NCBI GenBank assembly: GCA_963796055.1
Contig: CAWCKH010000004.1
Span: 3,584,001-3,648,000 of the forward strand
DNA length: 64,000 bases
Source: an uncultured delta proteobacterium
GTDB taxonomy: Bacteria; Myxococcota; Myxococcia; Myxococcales; Myxococcaceae
Direction of reading: 5' to 3'
In this document: one piece after another, positions 7,659-17,313 of the stretch
Layout of the letters: every line of letters begins with the position of its first letter
Numbering within the stretch: the first letter of the stretch is position 1
Position numbers and translations under genes: made by a program
The notes under the pieces: generated by a model
Seen by the model: the letters and a program-made list of their open reading frames with translations, nothing else
What the model was told of the DNA's origin: nothing
Database searches by the model: none

Positions 7659-10600
7659 GTGAGGCATGCATCGACCCGTCTCGTCTGCGCCGCCATGCTC
7701 GTCGCCGTCGCGCTCACCGCCTGCAAGGAGAAGCCATCGGGGCAGGCACCGCTGCAGCCGCTCCCACCGCCACCCGCGCTCTCCATCGCGCCGGAGGCGC
7801 TCCCGAGCTCCGGCCTCACCGTCGTGGCCGCCCGCCCGCACGAGGTGGTGGGCGCGGACGCACGGCCGACCATCACCTTCTCCCGTCCGGTGGTGGCGCT
7901 GATGTCCATCGAGGAGCAGAAGGCGCTCGCCCCGCCTGCGTCCCTGAGCCCCGCGGTGGAGGGGGAGTGGCGGTGGATTGGCTCGGCCAGCGTGGAGTTC
8001 GTCCCCAGGACGCCGCTGCCGTTCGCCACCCGCTTCACGGTCACCGTCCCCGCCGGTCTCAAGGGCGTGGACGGCTCGAGCCTCCAGGAGGCCTACAGCT
8101 GGTCCTTCGACACACCCGGACCACGCCTCGAGTCCGTCCAGCCCGCGGGCCAGTGGCGCTGGCTTCGCCCCACCGAGGACATCGTCCTGGTCTTCAACCA
8201 GGCGGTGGTCGAACCCGAGAAGTCCATCTCGCTCCGCGTGGGGAACGAGGGGACGCCCTGGCCCATCACCGTGAGCACTGCCGCTGCGCCCGCGGCACCG
8301 GAGGAGGTGGAGCGGCCGGGCCGGAACTTCGTCCCGAGCCGCCGCACCACCGTCACGGTCAAGGTCGGAAAGCCGCTGCCCCTGGCCACCGACGTCCTGC
8401 TGGTGGTTGCCACGACGCTCCGGGCCAAGGAGGGGCCGCTCGCGCTCGACCAGGAGCAACGCATCGCCTACCGGACCTACGGGCCCGCCCGCATCGGGAG
8501 CATGTCGGCCTGCTTTGGAGGGTACGACTGCCCCTACGGCCCTCTGGTCATCGAGAGCACGAATCCCCTGTCCGTCGCCTCCTTGAAATCAAACCTCAGG
8601 ATCGAGCCGGCGGTGGAGCTCGACTGGGGGCACGCCTCGAGTCCCCCCGGCGCTCGAGGTGACCGGCACGAGGCCGTCACCGTGGTCCCGGGCAAGTTCC
8701 GCCCCGGGACCTCCTACAGCGTCTCCATCGCCTCCGGGGTCAACGACGCGTTCGGACAGACTGCGCCCGCGGCCCGGGGGCAGATGCGGACCGACGACCT
8801 GCGGCCGGAGTACGAGCTGGGACCGGACGTGGCGCTGCTGGAGGCGAGGGGAGACGGGGCGCTTCCGGTGCGCTTCACCAACGTCACTCAGCTGGACGTG
8901 CAGCTCTGGCCGCTCGGGCCCGCGGAGATGGCCCGCTTCCTCTCGGGGCGCCGCTCGGCGCAGACGGTTCCCTCCGGACAGCCGGTCACCACCCAGCTGG
9001 TGCTGGACGGCACGCACAACCTCCCCGGCACCCGGCCGGTGAAGGTGCGCGAGCTGCTCGCGGGCAAGAACACCGGCCTCTTCCACCTGGTCACCAGCGC
9101 ACCGGAGATCGACGTCAAGCACCAGTGGCAGCGAACCCAGCGCGTCACGGGGCAGATCACCGACCTCGCGGTGCACACCAAGCTCGGGGCCACCTCGGGC
9201 GTGGTCTGGGTCACCCGGGTCTCGGACGGCACCGTGGTCCCCGGCGCCGCGCTCTCACTCTACGACGCCGACGGTGCGGTGAAGTGGCACGGAAAGACGG
9301 ACGGCGACGGTCTGGCCCGGGTGCCGGGTCTCGCCTCGCTGGTCGGGCCGGGGAGGGGCGCCGGTCGGCGAAACCGGGACCTCGACAGCGGCCCGCCGTT
9401 CGCGCTGGTCGCCGCCGCGCTCGGTGGCGACACCGGGGTCACCCTGGCCGACTGGTCCGGAGGGTTCGGCCCCTGGGCGTTCGGGGTGGAAGGGGCGTGG
9501 GACGGGAAGCGCCCGCAGTCGATGGGCTTCGCCACCGCCGAGCGCGGCATCTACCGGCCGGGTGACACCGTGCTGGTGAAGGGGATGCTCCGCTACCGGC
9601 GCCTGGGCGTCGTGACCTCGCCGCCCAAGGGGACGCAGGCCGAGGTGGTGGTCACCGACTCGCACGGAAAGCAGATCTGGTCGCGCAGCGTCCCGCTGAG
9701 CGACTACGGCACCTTCTCGGCCGAGGTGGCGATTGATGCCGCGGCCGCTCTGGGGACCTATTCCCTCCGGGCGAACGCGAACGTCCCCTCGGGCAAGGTC
9801 GACACCGGCACGGCCTTCCGGGTCGAGGAGTACCGGCCGCCCCAATTCAAGGTGGACGTCACCACCCGGTCCGCCGACGCGTTCGCCGGGCAGCCGCTCG
9901 AGGGGCGGGTGGTGGCCCGCTACCTCTTCGGCGGAGCGATGCCGGGCGCGACGGTGCGCTGGACGGCGACCCGGACGACCGATGATTTCCAGCCACCCGA
10001 CAACGCTGGCTTTGCCTTCGGCGTCGCCACCTGGGAGTGGAGCGACGAGTCGCCGCAGCCCAGCACCGAGGTCATCGGCGCCGGTGAGGGGAAGACCGAT
10101 GCCCAGGGCGTGCTGGACCTCACCGCCGGGCAGGTCGAGACCCCCGGAGGCCGGTCGTCGCTGGTGACGCTCGAGGCCGAGGTGGCGGACGTCAACCGCC
10201 AGCGCATCGCCAACCGGACGCAGATCCAGGTGCACCCCGCCGCGCTCTACGCCGGCATTCGCCAGCGGAACGTGGAGGGCTTCGCCGAGGTGGGCAAGCC
10301 GGTCTCGCTGGAGGCGGTGGCGGTGTCGCCCGACGGCAAGCGCCAGAAGGCACAGGTCCAGGTGACCGTTCTCCGGCGCGACTGGAAGTTCGTCCGGAAG
10401 AAGACCGCCGGGGACCGCTGGGAGACTCTCAGCGAGCCGGTGGAGGAGTCGGTGGCCTCCTGCGCGGTGAAGGTCGAGGGCCTGCCCGGCGCCTGCACCT
10501 TCACCCCGAAGGCCCCCGGGTACCACGTGCTGCAGGCCGAGGTCGTCGACGCCCAGAAGCGGAAGCAGGTTTCTCGAAGTTCGCTGTATGTCGTCGGCGA

Positions 10601-13499
10601 CGGCTGGGTCTCCTGGCAGCGCAACGACTCGGACCGCATCGATCTCGTGACCGACAAGGCGGTCTACGACCCGGGCGAGACGGCGAAGGTCCTGGTCAAG
10701 AGCCCGTTCCCGGCGGCCGAGGCGGTGCTCACCGTGGAGCGGGAGGGCGTCAGCTCGGTCCGCCACGTCAGGCTCAAGGGCGCCGCCACGGCGCTCGACG
10801 TCCCGCTGGGCGAGGCGGGAATCCCGGACGTCTACGTGGGGGTGGTGCTGGTGCGCGGGCGCGTGGCCCAGGGCGACGCACCCGAGGCCGGCGAGGATCC
10901 AGGGCGGCCTCAGGTCAGGATCGGCTACGCGAAGCTGAAGGTGGAGCGGAAGAGCAAGCGGCTGGCGGTGGAGGTGACGCCCGGTCGGACGCAGTACCGG
11001 CCGCGCGAGACGGTGAAGGTGGCCCTGCGGACGACCGACTGGAAGGGTGCGCCGGTGCCCGCCGAGGTCGCGGTGTGGGCGGTGGACGAGGGCGTGCTCC
11101 GCCTCACGTCGTACGAGCCGCCGGATCCGCTCGACGCGCTCCAGCCGGAGCGAGGCCTGTCGGTCCGGATCGGCGAGCCGCTCATCCACCTGGTGCGCCG
11201 GATGGTCTACGCCGACAAGGGGATGACGACGGGCGGCGGAGGTGGCGCCGAGGGCGGGGGAGGGATCCGCTCCCGGTTCAAGACCACCGTGCTCTTCGCC
11301 CCCGCGGTGGTGACCGGCACGGACGGACGGGCCGAGGTCGAGTTCACGCTCCCCGACAACCTCACCACCTACCGCATCATGGCCCTGGCGCTGGACAAGG
11401 GAGACCGGGGCGGGAAGGGCGGCAGCAGCTTCCAGGTCGCCAAGCCGCTCCTGGCCATGCCGGCGCTGCCGCGGTTCGCGCGCGTGGGAGACACGGTGGA
11501 GGCGGGGGTCGTCGTCCACGCGCCCTCGGGGAAGATCAAGGAGGTGGAGGTCACGGCCACCGCCAGCGGTCCGCTCAAGCTGCAGGGCGAGACCCGGCGT
11601 GTCCTCGCGCTCCCCGAGGGAAAGCCTCGCGAGGTGCGGTTCCGGTACCTGGCAGAGGGGTCGGGAGAGGCAGTGCTCCGCTACGCGGTCAAGGGCGGCG
11701 GCGAGCAGGACGCGGTGGAGCAGCGGATCCCGGTGCGCATCCCCACCCAGATGGAGGCGGTGGCAATCGCCGGCGAGAGCAAGGACGTGGCGCGCGAGCA
11801 GCTCTCGAGCCCCTCCGGGGTGCGGCCGGACGTGGGCGGCCTCGAGGTGACGATGGCCTCCACCGTGCTCGGCGGGTACGGGGAAGCGATGCGGCAGCTG
11901 GTGGACTACCCCTACGGTTGCCTCGAGCAGCTCTCGTCCCGTCTCGTTCCCTTCGTCGCGCTCCGCGAGCTGCACGGGGTCTTCAAGCTGCCGTGGCGCC
12001 CGGACAGCGCCCGGACCTGGGTGGGGGAGGACGCCATCGCCCGCTGGGGAACGACCGACCCCGACGAGGTCACCACCAGGACGGTGAAGGCCATCGAGGC
12101 GCTGCAGCGGTACGACGGCGGGTACGGCTACTGGAGCTCGGACAGCTGCAGCTCGCCCCATGGCTCGGCGTACGCGGTCCTGGCCCTCGGGCGCGCCGCG
12201 GAGGTGGGTTACCCCGTCGACCGGGAGGCGCTCCGGAGAGGCCAGCAGTTCCTGTCCAGGGTCGCGGCGGGCAACGTCCAGACCTGCTCCTGGTGGGTCC
12301 GGCAGGTCGACCCCGGCACCCGGGCCTTCGCGCTCTACGCGCTGGCGCGCACCCGGGCCCCCCAGGCCTCGAGCGCCACGGCGCTGTTCGCCCGCCGCTC
12401 GGAGCTCCCCTTCTACGGCAAGGCGATGCTCGCCGACGCGCTGTGGATGGGTGGTGGCGACCGGGCCGCGGCACGGCTCCTCACCACCGAGCTGCTGGAC
12501 CGGGCGAAGGAGACGTCGGGCACGCTCCACCTCGAGGAGATGAATGCGGTGACCTACCAGTCCGACTGGTCGAGCGACCTGCGCACCACGGCGATCGCGC
12601 TGCAGACGCTGGTGGACGTCACGCCCGACCATCCCTACGTGGGGAAGATGGCCCGCTACCTGGTCGAGAGTCGGGGAGCAAACGGGCGCTACAAGACGAC
12701 GCAGGAGGCGGCCTTCGCGCTGATGGCACTGACCGAGGTGGTCCGGACCCGGGAGAAGGACGCGCCGGACTTCGTGGGCAAGGTGCTCGTCGGCGGCAAG
12801 CAGGTCGCCGAGTCCGAGTTCCACGGCCGGAGCATGGACGTGCGGCGGACGGTGCTCCCGATGTCGCAGCTCCCGCAGCTCGGGAAGTCGGCGGCCTTCG
12901 AGTTCCTCCGCGACGGGAAGACCGGTCTCCTGTCGTACACTGCGGTGCTGCGCTACGCGCCGGCGGAGATGCCCCGCGACGCGCTGGACCGGGGGCTGGT
13001 CGTCCAGCGGTGGATCGAGCCGTACTCGGGCGGCGGACAGCTCAAGGCGGTCAAGGCCGGCGAGCTGGTACGGATCAAGGTCCGGGTCGGCACCCCGGCG
13101 GCGCGGGCCAACGTGGCGCTGGAGATTCCGCTGCCCGCGGGCCTGGAGGCGGTGGACACCAGTCTTTCGACCACGGCCCGGCTCTCCCGGGGGGAGCCGT
13201 CGGCGGACACCGAGACCGACGAGATGGAGGACGCCCGCGAGGCAGGCGTTCCCCCCTGGGTGCTCGGTTTCTGGAACCCCTTCAACCACACCGAGCTGCG
13301 CGACGACCGGGCCCTGTTCTTCTCCAACGAGCTGCCCCCGGGCGTCCACACCGTCTCGGTGGTCGCCCGGGCGACGAGCCCCGGTGACTACCTGCTGGTC
13401 CCGGCTCGGGCGGAGGCGATGTACGCGCCCGAGGTGTTCGGCCGATCGGAGGGAGGCAACTTCCAGGTGCTCGACGAGGGGAACGTCGCGGCCCGCTGA
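7659..13499 (+). CDS. Bacterial alpha-2-macroglobulin lipoprotein (YfhM-like)
   Basis: GGAGGA RBS, GTG start, lipobox LTAC, ERGIYRPGD, FTLPDNLTTYR, thioester motif YPYGCLEQ, EAMYAPE; adjacent to pbpC. Confidence 0.95.
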   Translation: MRHASTRLVCAAMLVAVALTACKEKPSGQAPLQPLPPPPALSIAPEALPSSGLTVVAARPHEVVGADARPTITFSRPVVALMSIEEQKALAPPASLSPAVEGEWRWIGSASVEFVPRTPLPFATRFTVTVPAGLKGVDGSSLQEAYSWSFDTPGPRLESVQPAGQWRWLRPTEDIVLVFNQAVVEPEKSISLRVGNEGTPWPITVSTAAAPAAPEEVERPGRNFVPSRRTTVTVKVGKPLPLATDVLLVVATTLRAKEGPLALDQEQRIAYRTYGPARIGSMSACFGGYDCPYGPLVIESTNPLSVASLKSNLRIEPAVELDWGHASSPPGARGDRHEAVTVVPGKFRPGTSYSVSIASGVNDAFGQTAPAARGQMRTDDLRPEYELGPDVALLEARGDGALPVRFTNVTQLDVQLWPLGPAEMARFLSGRRSAQTVPSGQPVTTQLVLDGTHNLPGTRPVKVRELLAGKNTGLFHLVTSAPEIDVKHQWQRTQRVTGQITDLAVHTKLGATSGVVWVTRVSDGTVVPGAALSLYDADGAVKWHGKTDGDGLARVPGLASLVGPGRGAGRRNRDLDSGPPFALVAAALGGDTGVTLADWSGGFGPWAFGVEGAWDGKRPQSMGFATAERGIYRPGDTVLVKGMLRYRRLGVVTSPPKGTQAEVVVTDSHGKQIWSRSVPLSDYGTFSAEVAIDAAAALGTYSLRANANVPSGKVDTGTAFRVEEYRPPQFKVDVTTRSADAFAGQPLEGRVVARYLFGGAMPGATVRWTATRTTDDFQPPDNAGFAFGVATWEWSDESPQPSTEVIGAGEGKTDAQGVLDLTAGQVETPGGRSSLVTLEAEVADVNRQRIANRTQIQVHPAALYAGIRQRNVEGFAEVGKPVSLEAVAVSPDGKRQKAQVQVTVLRRDWKFVRKKTAGDRWETLSEPVEESVASCAVKVEGLPGACTFTPKAPGYHVLQAEVVDAQKRKQVSRSSLYVVGDGWVSWQRNDSDRIDLVTDKAVYDPGETAKVLVKSPFPAAEAVLTVEREGVSSVRHVRLKGAATALDVPLGEAGIPDVYVGVVLVRGRVAQGDAPEAGEDPGRPQVRIGYAKLKVERKSKRLAVEVTPGRTQYRPRETVKVALRTTDWKGAPVPAEVAVWAVDEGVLRLTSYEPPDPLDALQPERGLSVRIGEPLIHLVRRMVYADKGMTTGGGGGAEGGGGIRSRFKTTVLFAPAVVTGTDGRAEVEFTLPDNLTTYRIMALALDKGDRGGKGGSSFQVAKPLLAMPALPRFARVGDTVEAGVVVHAPSGKIKEVEVTATASGPLKLQGETRRVLALPEGKPREVRFRYLAEGSGEAVLRYAVKGGGEQDAVEQRIPVRIPTQMEAVAIAGESKDVAREQLSSPSGVRPDVGGLEVTMASTVLGGYGEAMRQLVDYPYGCLEQLSSRLVPFVALRELHGVFKLPWRPDSARTWVGEDAIARWGTTDPDEVTTRTVKAIEALQRYDGGYGYWSSDSCSSPHGSAYAVLALGRAAEVGYPVDREALRRGQQFLSRVAAGNVQTCSWWVRQVDPGTRAFALYALARTRAPQASSATALFARRSELPFYGKAMLADALWMGGGDRAAARLLTTELLDRAKETSGTLHLEEMNAVTYQSDWSSDLRTTAIALQTLVDVTPDHPYVGKMARYLVESRGANGRYKTTQEAAFALMALTEVVRTREKDAPDFVGKVLVGGKQVAESEFHGRSMDVRRTVLPMSQLPQLGKSAAFEFLRDGKTGLLSYTAVLRYAPAEMPRDALDRGLVVQRWIEPYSGGGQLKAVKAGELVRIKVRVGTPAARANVALEIPLPAGLEAVDTSLSTTARLSRGEPSADTETDEMEDAREAGVPPWVLGFWNPFNHTELRDDRALFFSNELPPGVHTVSVVARATSPGDYLLVPARAEAMYAPEVFGRSEGGNFQVLDEGNVAAR

Positions 13500-13505
13500 G
13501 GGAGG

Positions 13506-15803
13506 ATGGTTCCATCGGCCATGAGAACTCGTGTGGGCCGCGCGCTGGTCGCAGCCGTCGGGGCACTGGTGCTCGGGTGTCTCGGCTTCGTCGCCGGGCC
13601 GCTGCCCCCCGGGCTGCTCGACCCGGCCGGCACGCTGAGTGTCCGCGTGCTCGACCGCGACGGCCAGCTCCTCCGGGAGCTTCCCTCCCGCCGAAGCTCG
13701 CGCAGCATCTCGCTCCCGACGGATGCGCCCGTGCCCGCCGTGCTGCGCGACGCCTTCATCGCCTCGGAGGACCGGCGCTTCGAGTGGCACCCCGGGGTGG
13801 ACCCACTGGCCATCGCCCGCGCGGCGGTGAGCAACCTCCGGGCGGGTCGGGTGGTGAGTGGCGCGTCGACCCTCACCCAGCAGCTCGCGCGGCTGGTCGT
13901 CCCGCGCCGGCGGACGCTCGCCGGCAAGGCGGGGGAGGCGCTCTGGGCCCTGCGGCTGTCGGCACACCTGTCGCGTGAGGACATCCTCCGCGCCTACCTG
14001 GACCGGGTGGCGCTGGGGCACGACCTCGTCGGGGTCGAGGCGGCCGCACAGGCTTACTTCGGTCGGCCGGCGAGCGCGCTGTCGGCCGGGCAGGCGGCGC
14101 TGCTCGCGGCCATCGCCCGTTCCCCGGCCCGGGTGGACCCGTGGGGAGATCCCGGGGTCACCATGGAGGCGATGCGCGAGGTGCTCGCACGGATGCGCCG
14201 GGGCGGACGGCTCGACGCCCAGCTGGAGCGGGTGGCCGCGACCGCGGACCTCGACGTCGTCCCCCCGGCCCGGCCGTTCGGCGCCCCGCACCTGGTGGTC
14301 GACCTCGCCGGAAAGCTCGGCACGCTCGGCCTCGGCGGCGCGGTGGAGGTGCGGACCACCCTCGACCCGGCACTCCAGCGCGACGTCGAGCGCGCGGTGC
14401 GCTCGGAGCTGGCCGCGGACCCGCGTCTCGGCCAGGCCGCGGTGCTCGTCCTGGACAACGCCTCGGGCGAGGTGCTCGCCTACGTGGGCTCGGCGGATTT
14501 CCGGGACGACGCCCACGAGGGTCAGAACGACGGGGTCCGTGCCCGCCGCCAGCCCGGGAGCGCGCTGAAGCCCTTCGCCTACGGGCTGGCGCTCGCCAGC
14601 GGCTGGACCCCGGCCTCGGTGCTGAGCGACGTGGATCTCGAGGTGGGCACCGCCGGCGGTGCCTGGCTCCCGCGCAACTACGACCGGCGCCAGCACGGAC
14701 CGGTGCGCCTGCGGGCCGCGCTGGCCAACAGCTACAACGTCCCGGCGGTCGAGCTGACCGACGCGCTCGGCCCCGAGCGAGTTCTCGACGTGCTCCGCGA
14801 GGCGGGTTTCTCCGCCCTGGATGCCAGCGCCGAGCACTACGGCGCCGGGCTGGTCCTCGGGAACGGCGACGTGTCGCTCTGGGAGCTGGCCCGGGCCTAC
14901 CGTGGGCTGGCCCGCGGAGGCATCGTCGAGCCGCTCCGGCTGGTGCGTGCGGCGACGGACCCGCTGGGCGAGCGGGTCGAGGCCAGGGCCGAGCTCGCCC
15001 CCCGGCGCTTCCTGCCCGCGGACGCGGTGGCGCTGCTGACCGACCTCCTCTCGGACGAGATGGCCCGCGCGCCGGCGTTCGGCCTGGACAACGCGCTCCG
15101 GCTGCCCTTCCCGGTGGCGGCGAAGACCGGCACCAGCCGGGCGTACGTGGACAACTGGACCGTGGGCTTCACCCGCGAGCGCACGGTGGCGGTGTGGGTG
15201 GGGAACTTCGATGGCCGGCCGATGCAGCGGGTCTCGGGCATCACCGGGGCGGGGCCTCTCTTTGCCCGGGTCATGCGCCGGGCGATGGTCGGCCTGCGTC
15301 CGGCGCCGCTCGTGGACCGCGCGCGGTTCCAGCGGGTGCGCATCTGTCCGCTCTCGGGTCATCGAGCCGGGGAGGCCTGCCCGGGCTCGTTCGAGGAGGT
15401 CTTCCTCCCCGGGACCGCGCCGACCGAGCCGTGCGTGATGCACCGGATCGCGGACGGTCGGCGGGTGCTCGCCCTCGACGCGCGGTACAGCGGCTGGGCC
15501 GAGCGCGAGCGGCTCGAGGTCGCGGCCGGGGAAGGTGGCGGCGCTTCCCCGGGCTTCATCACCCCGCGTGACGGGGACGAGTTCCTGGTGGAGGCCGGCA
15601 TCCCGACCACGTCGCAGACCATCCCGGTCCGGGTACGGGGCGGCGGGGCCGCCCGGTTGTGGGTCGATGGACGGGCGGTGGAGCTTGACGCCGGCCGCTC
15701 GGTGCGGCTCCCCCTGAGCGGCGGGACGCACGCGCTGGAGCTCAGGGCCCCAGGCTCACCGGACCCCGTCCAGCGCATCCAGGTCCGTGTGCGGGGGCCG
15801 TGA
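13506..15803 (+). CDS. pbpC: Penicillin-binding protein 1C
   Basis: SEDRRF and GASTLTQQL transglycosylase motifs; GSALKPF (SxxK), SYN, KTGTS transpeptidase motifs; follows A2M; start may be 13521. Confidence 0.94.
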   Translation: MVPSAMRTRVGRALVAAVGALVLGCLGFVAGPLPPGLLDPAGTLSVRVLDRDGQLLRELPSRRSSRSISLPTDAPVPAVLRDAFIASEDRRFEWHPGVDPLAIARAAVSNLRAGRVVSGASTLTQQLARLVVPRRRTLAGKAGEALWALRLSAHLSREDILRAYLDRVALGHDLVGVEAAAQAYFGRPASALSAGQAALLAAIARSPARVDPWGDPGVTMEAMREVLARMRRGGRLDAQLERVAATADLDVVPPARPFGAPHLVVDLAGKLGTLGLGGAVEVRTTLDPALQRDVERAVRSELAADPRLGQAAVLVLDNASGEVLAYVGSADFRDDAHEGQNDGVRARRQPGSALKPFAYGLALASGWTPASVLSDVDLEVGTAGGAWLPRNYDRRQHGPVRLRAALANSYNVPAVELTDALGPERVLDVLREAGFSALDASAEHYGAGLVLGNGDVSLWELARAYRGLARGGIVEPLRLVRAATDPLGERVEARAELAPRRFLPADAVALLTDLLSDEMARAPAFGLDNALRLPFPVAAKTGTSRAYVDNWTVGFTRERTVAVWVGNFDGRPMQRVSGITGAGPLFARVMRRAMVGLRPAPLVDRARFQRVRICPLSGHRAGEACPGSFEEVFLPGTAPTEPCVMHRIADGRRVLALDARYSGWAERERLEVAAGEGGGASPGFITPRDGDEFLVEAGIPTTSQTIPVRVRGGGAARLWVDGRAVELDAGRSVRLPLSGGTHALELRAPGSPDPVQRIQVRVRGP

Positions 15804-15812
15804 CGAGCCGGT

Positions 15813-15962
15813 TCACACCGACGCGACCACCGCCCCCGCCCGCTGCACATCCGCGCGGACGAGGACGAGGAAGGGCAGCCCCATCAGGCAGAGGAAGCAC
15901 GCCACCGCGCACCGTACCCGCGCCCAGCTGCGGAACTCGGTCCGGTCGAGTTGGATCATCAT
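15813..15962 (-). CDS. Small membrane peptide, paralog 1 (49 aa, apparently truncated)
   Basis: AAAGGAGG RBS; SWARVRCAVACFLCLMGLPFLVLVRADVQ aligns with paralog 2 (SWMRVRSVAAGFLCVMGLPIALALADVQ). Confidence 0.65.
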   Translation of the reverse strand: MMIQLDRTEFRSWARVRCAVACFLCLMGLPFLVLVRADVQRAGAVVASV

Positions 15963-16013
15963 GGCCACTCCCTCCTTTCTGAACAGGCAGGTCGCCCGTG
16001 CACGCCTGGAGGT

Positions 16014-16028
16014 TGCACCCGCCGTGCC
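16014..16028 (-). promoter_or_regulatory. Putative sigma54 -24/-12 promoter of paralog 1
   Basis: GGCAC-ggcggg-TGCA (GG-N10-GC), 52 nt upstream of ATG; same element at the same position before paralogs 2 and 3. Confidence 0.7.
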
Positions 16029-16123
16029 GGATCCACGTTGCTGAAAACACGGGGGAGTCCGCTCGGCCGGTGTGACCTCCACGTCCACCCTGGGCCGGCG
16101 CCTGTTGCGGCTCAGGCAAGAGA

Positions 16124-16770
16124 TCAGCGCGGAGCCGTCGGAAGGTCTCGCAGTACGTAGAGGTGCCCCAGGGTTCGGCCGAACATCAACGCCAGCTCCT
16201 GGCCGTCCGGTGACACCGCCACGTGCGCCGTGCCGAGCCAGCCCGTCGGGTCGACGGGCCCGAGGCTGCGCTCCTCCAGCACCTGCCCGCGAGTGAGGTC
16301 GATCCGGAAGAGCCGGGCCAGCTGACCGGCCCAGGACCTGCGCTGGCGATCCGTCCACCCGCGCATGACCACCAGGGCCGGCTGCAGCCCGGTGAGGGTG
16401 GGGAGCGGGCTCGCGACCGAAAAGAGGATTCTCCGGTCACGGGAAAAGGAGGCGAGGGTGTTGCTCCAGTCGGTCCACGACAGCAGCGTCTGCTTCCCGG
16501 TCCGGTCGAAGTGGACGACCTCGGACCGTTCGAACTGGTTCTCCAGGAGCACGCTCCATCGGGACCGATGTCCTCGAGATGGATGTCGGACGGGGCCTGG
16601 TACACCTCCCGCTGCCGCCCGCGTGGGTCCACCGCGAGGAGGGTGTTCCGCCCCAGCTCTCCGGTGGTGACCCATACCTCCGCGTCGTCCGGGGACCAGG
16701 CCAGTCCCTCGGCGCCGAGGACCGAGACGATCTGGTAAGGCCCGACCTGGTCACCCGGGCTCAGCTGCAC
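16124..16770 (-). pseudogene. Remnant of Ser/Thr kinase + beta-propeller (PD40/TolB-like) gene; kinase domain deleted, frameshifted
   Basis: Starts LSPGDQVGPYQIVSVLGAEG (kinase subdomain I start), jumps to GLAWSPDD...; continues in another frame (VLLENQ...SPDGQELA...LYVLRDL). Confidence 0.7.
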
Positions 16771-16884
16771 GTCGACCGAGCCCAGCCGAGGTCGCTCCGG
16801 CGCGACGGACCCAGAAACGAGAGCGGGGCCACCGACACGCCCCCGTGTCCGTGGCCCCGCGTTCACTCTCTCCTATGGAGAGCC

Positions 16885-17124
16885 TCAGCGATTCGAAGGG
16901 GACATCGCCAGCAGGGCCTCGTCCGAGCCCGGGCCGATGTCCAGCCCCGCCTGGGCCACGTGCACCACGCCAGGCACCGACTCCGTGAAGACGGGGGCCA
17001 CGGCGGCCTCGGAAGGCTGAACGTCCGCCAGCGCAAGCGCAATCGGGAGCCCCATCACGCAGAGAAATCCCGCCGCCACGCTCCGCACTCGCATCCAGCT
17101 GCTGCCCTCGGTCTCGTTCATCAT
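16885..17124 (-). CDS. Small membrane/secreted peptide, paralog 2 (79 aa; GLDIGPGSDEALL motif)
   Basis: GGAGGAG RBS, hydrophobic N-terminal helix, C-terminal motif shared with paralog 3 with synonymous codon differences. Confidence 0.8.
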   Translation of the reverse strand: MMNETEGSSWMRVRSVAAGFLCVMGLPIALALADVQPSEAAVAPVFTESVPGVVHVAQAGLDIGPGSDEALLAMSPSNR

Positions 17125-17177
17125 GGCCTGCTCCTCCGTGGCGCCGTTTGCTTCGGCGCCCGACAGGTTCCGGGGAC

Positions 17178-17210
17178 TGCAGCCCTGGTGCCTGGCTCAA
17201 GTCGTTGAAA
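17178..17210 (-). promoter_or_regulatory. Putative sigma54 promoter plus IHF-like site of paralog 2
   Basis: GGCAC-cagggc-TGCA at 17178-17192; TTTCAAcgacTTG at 17198-17210 resembles IHF consensus WATCAANNNNTTR. Confidence 0.7.
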
Positions 17211-17313
17211 TCACACTTCTTTCAACACGATTCCGTCGCGCCGGTATCTACAGGAGGCCCCGGGCGTTGCCGGCGAGGCAACATGTCGACCGGGGTTGGC
17301 ACAGGAGGGGTCG

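Noticed and set aside
9255..15731. 2158-aa minus-strand ORF
   Set aside because: Antisense shadow of A2M and pbpC caused by high GC; no recognisable motifs
17296..17312. TTGGCAC upstream of the cyclodeaminase gene as a sigma54 promoter
   Set aside because: No GC at the -12 position, and it overlaps the RBS
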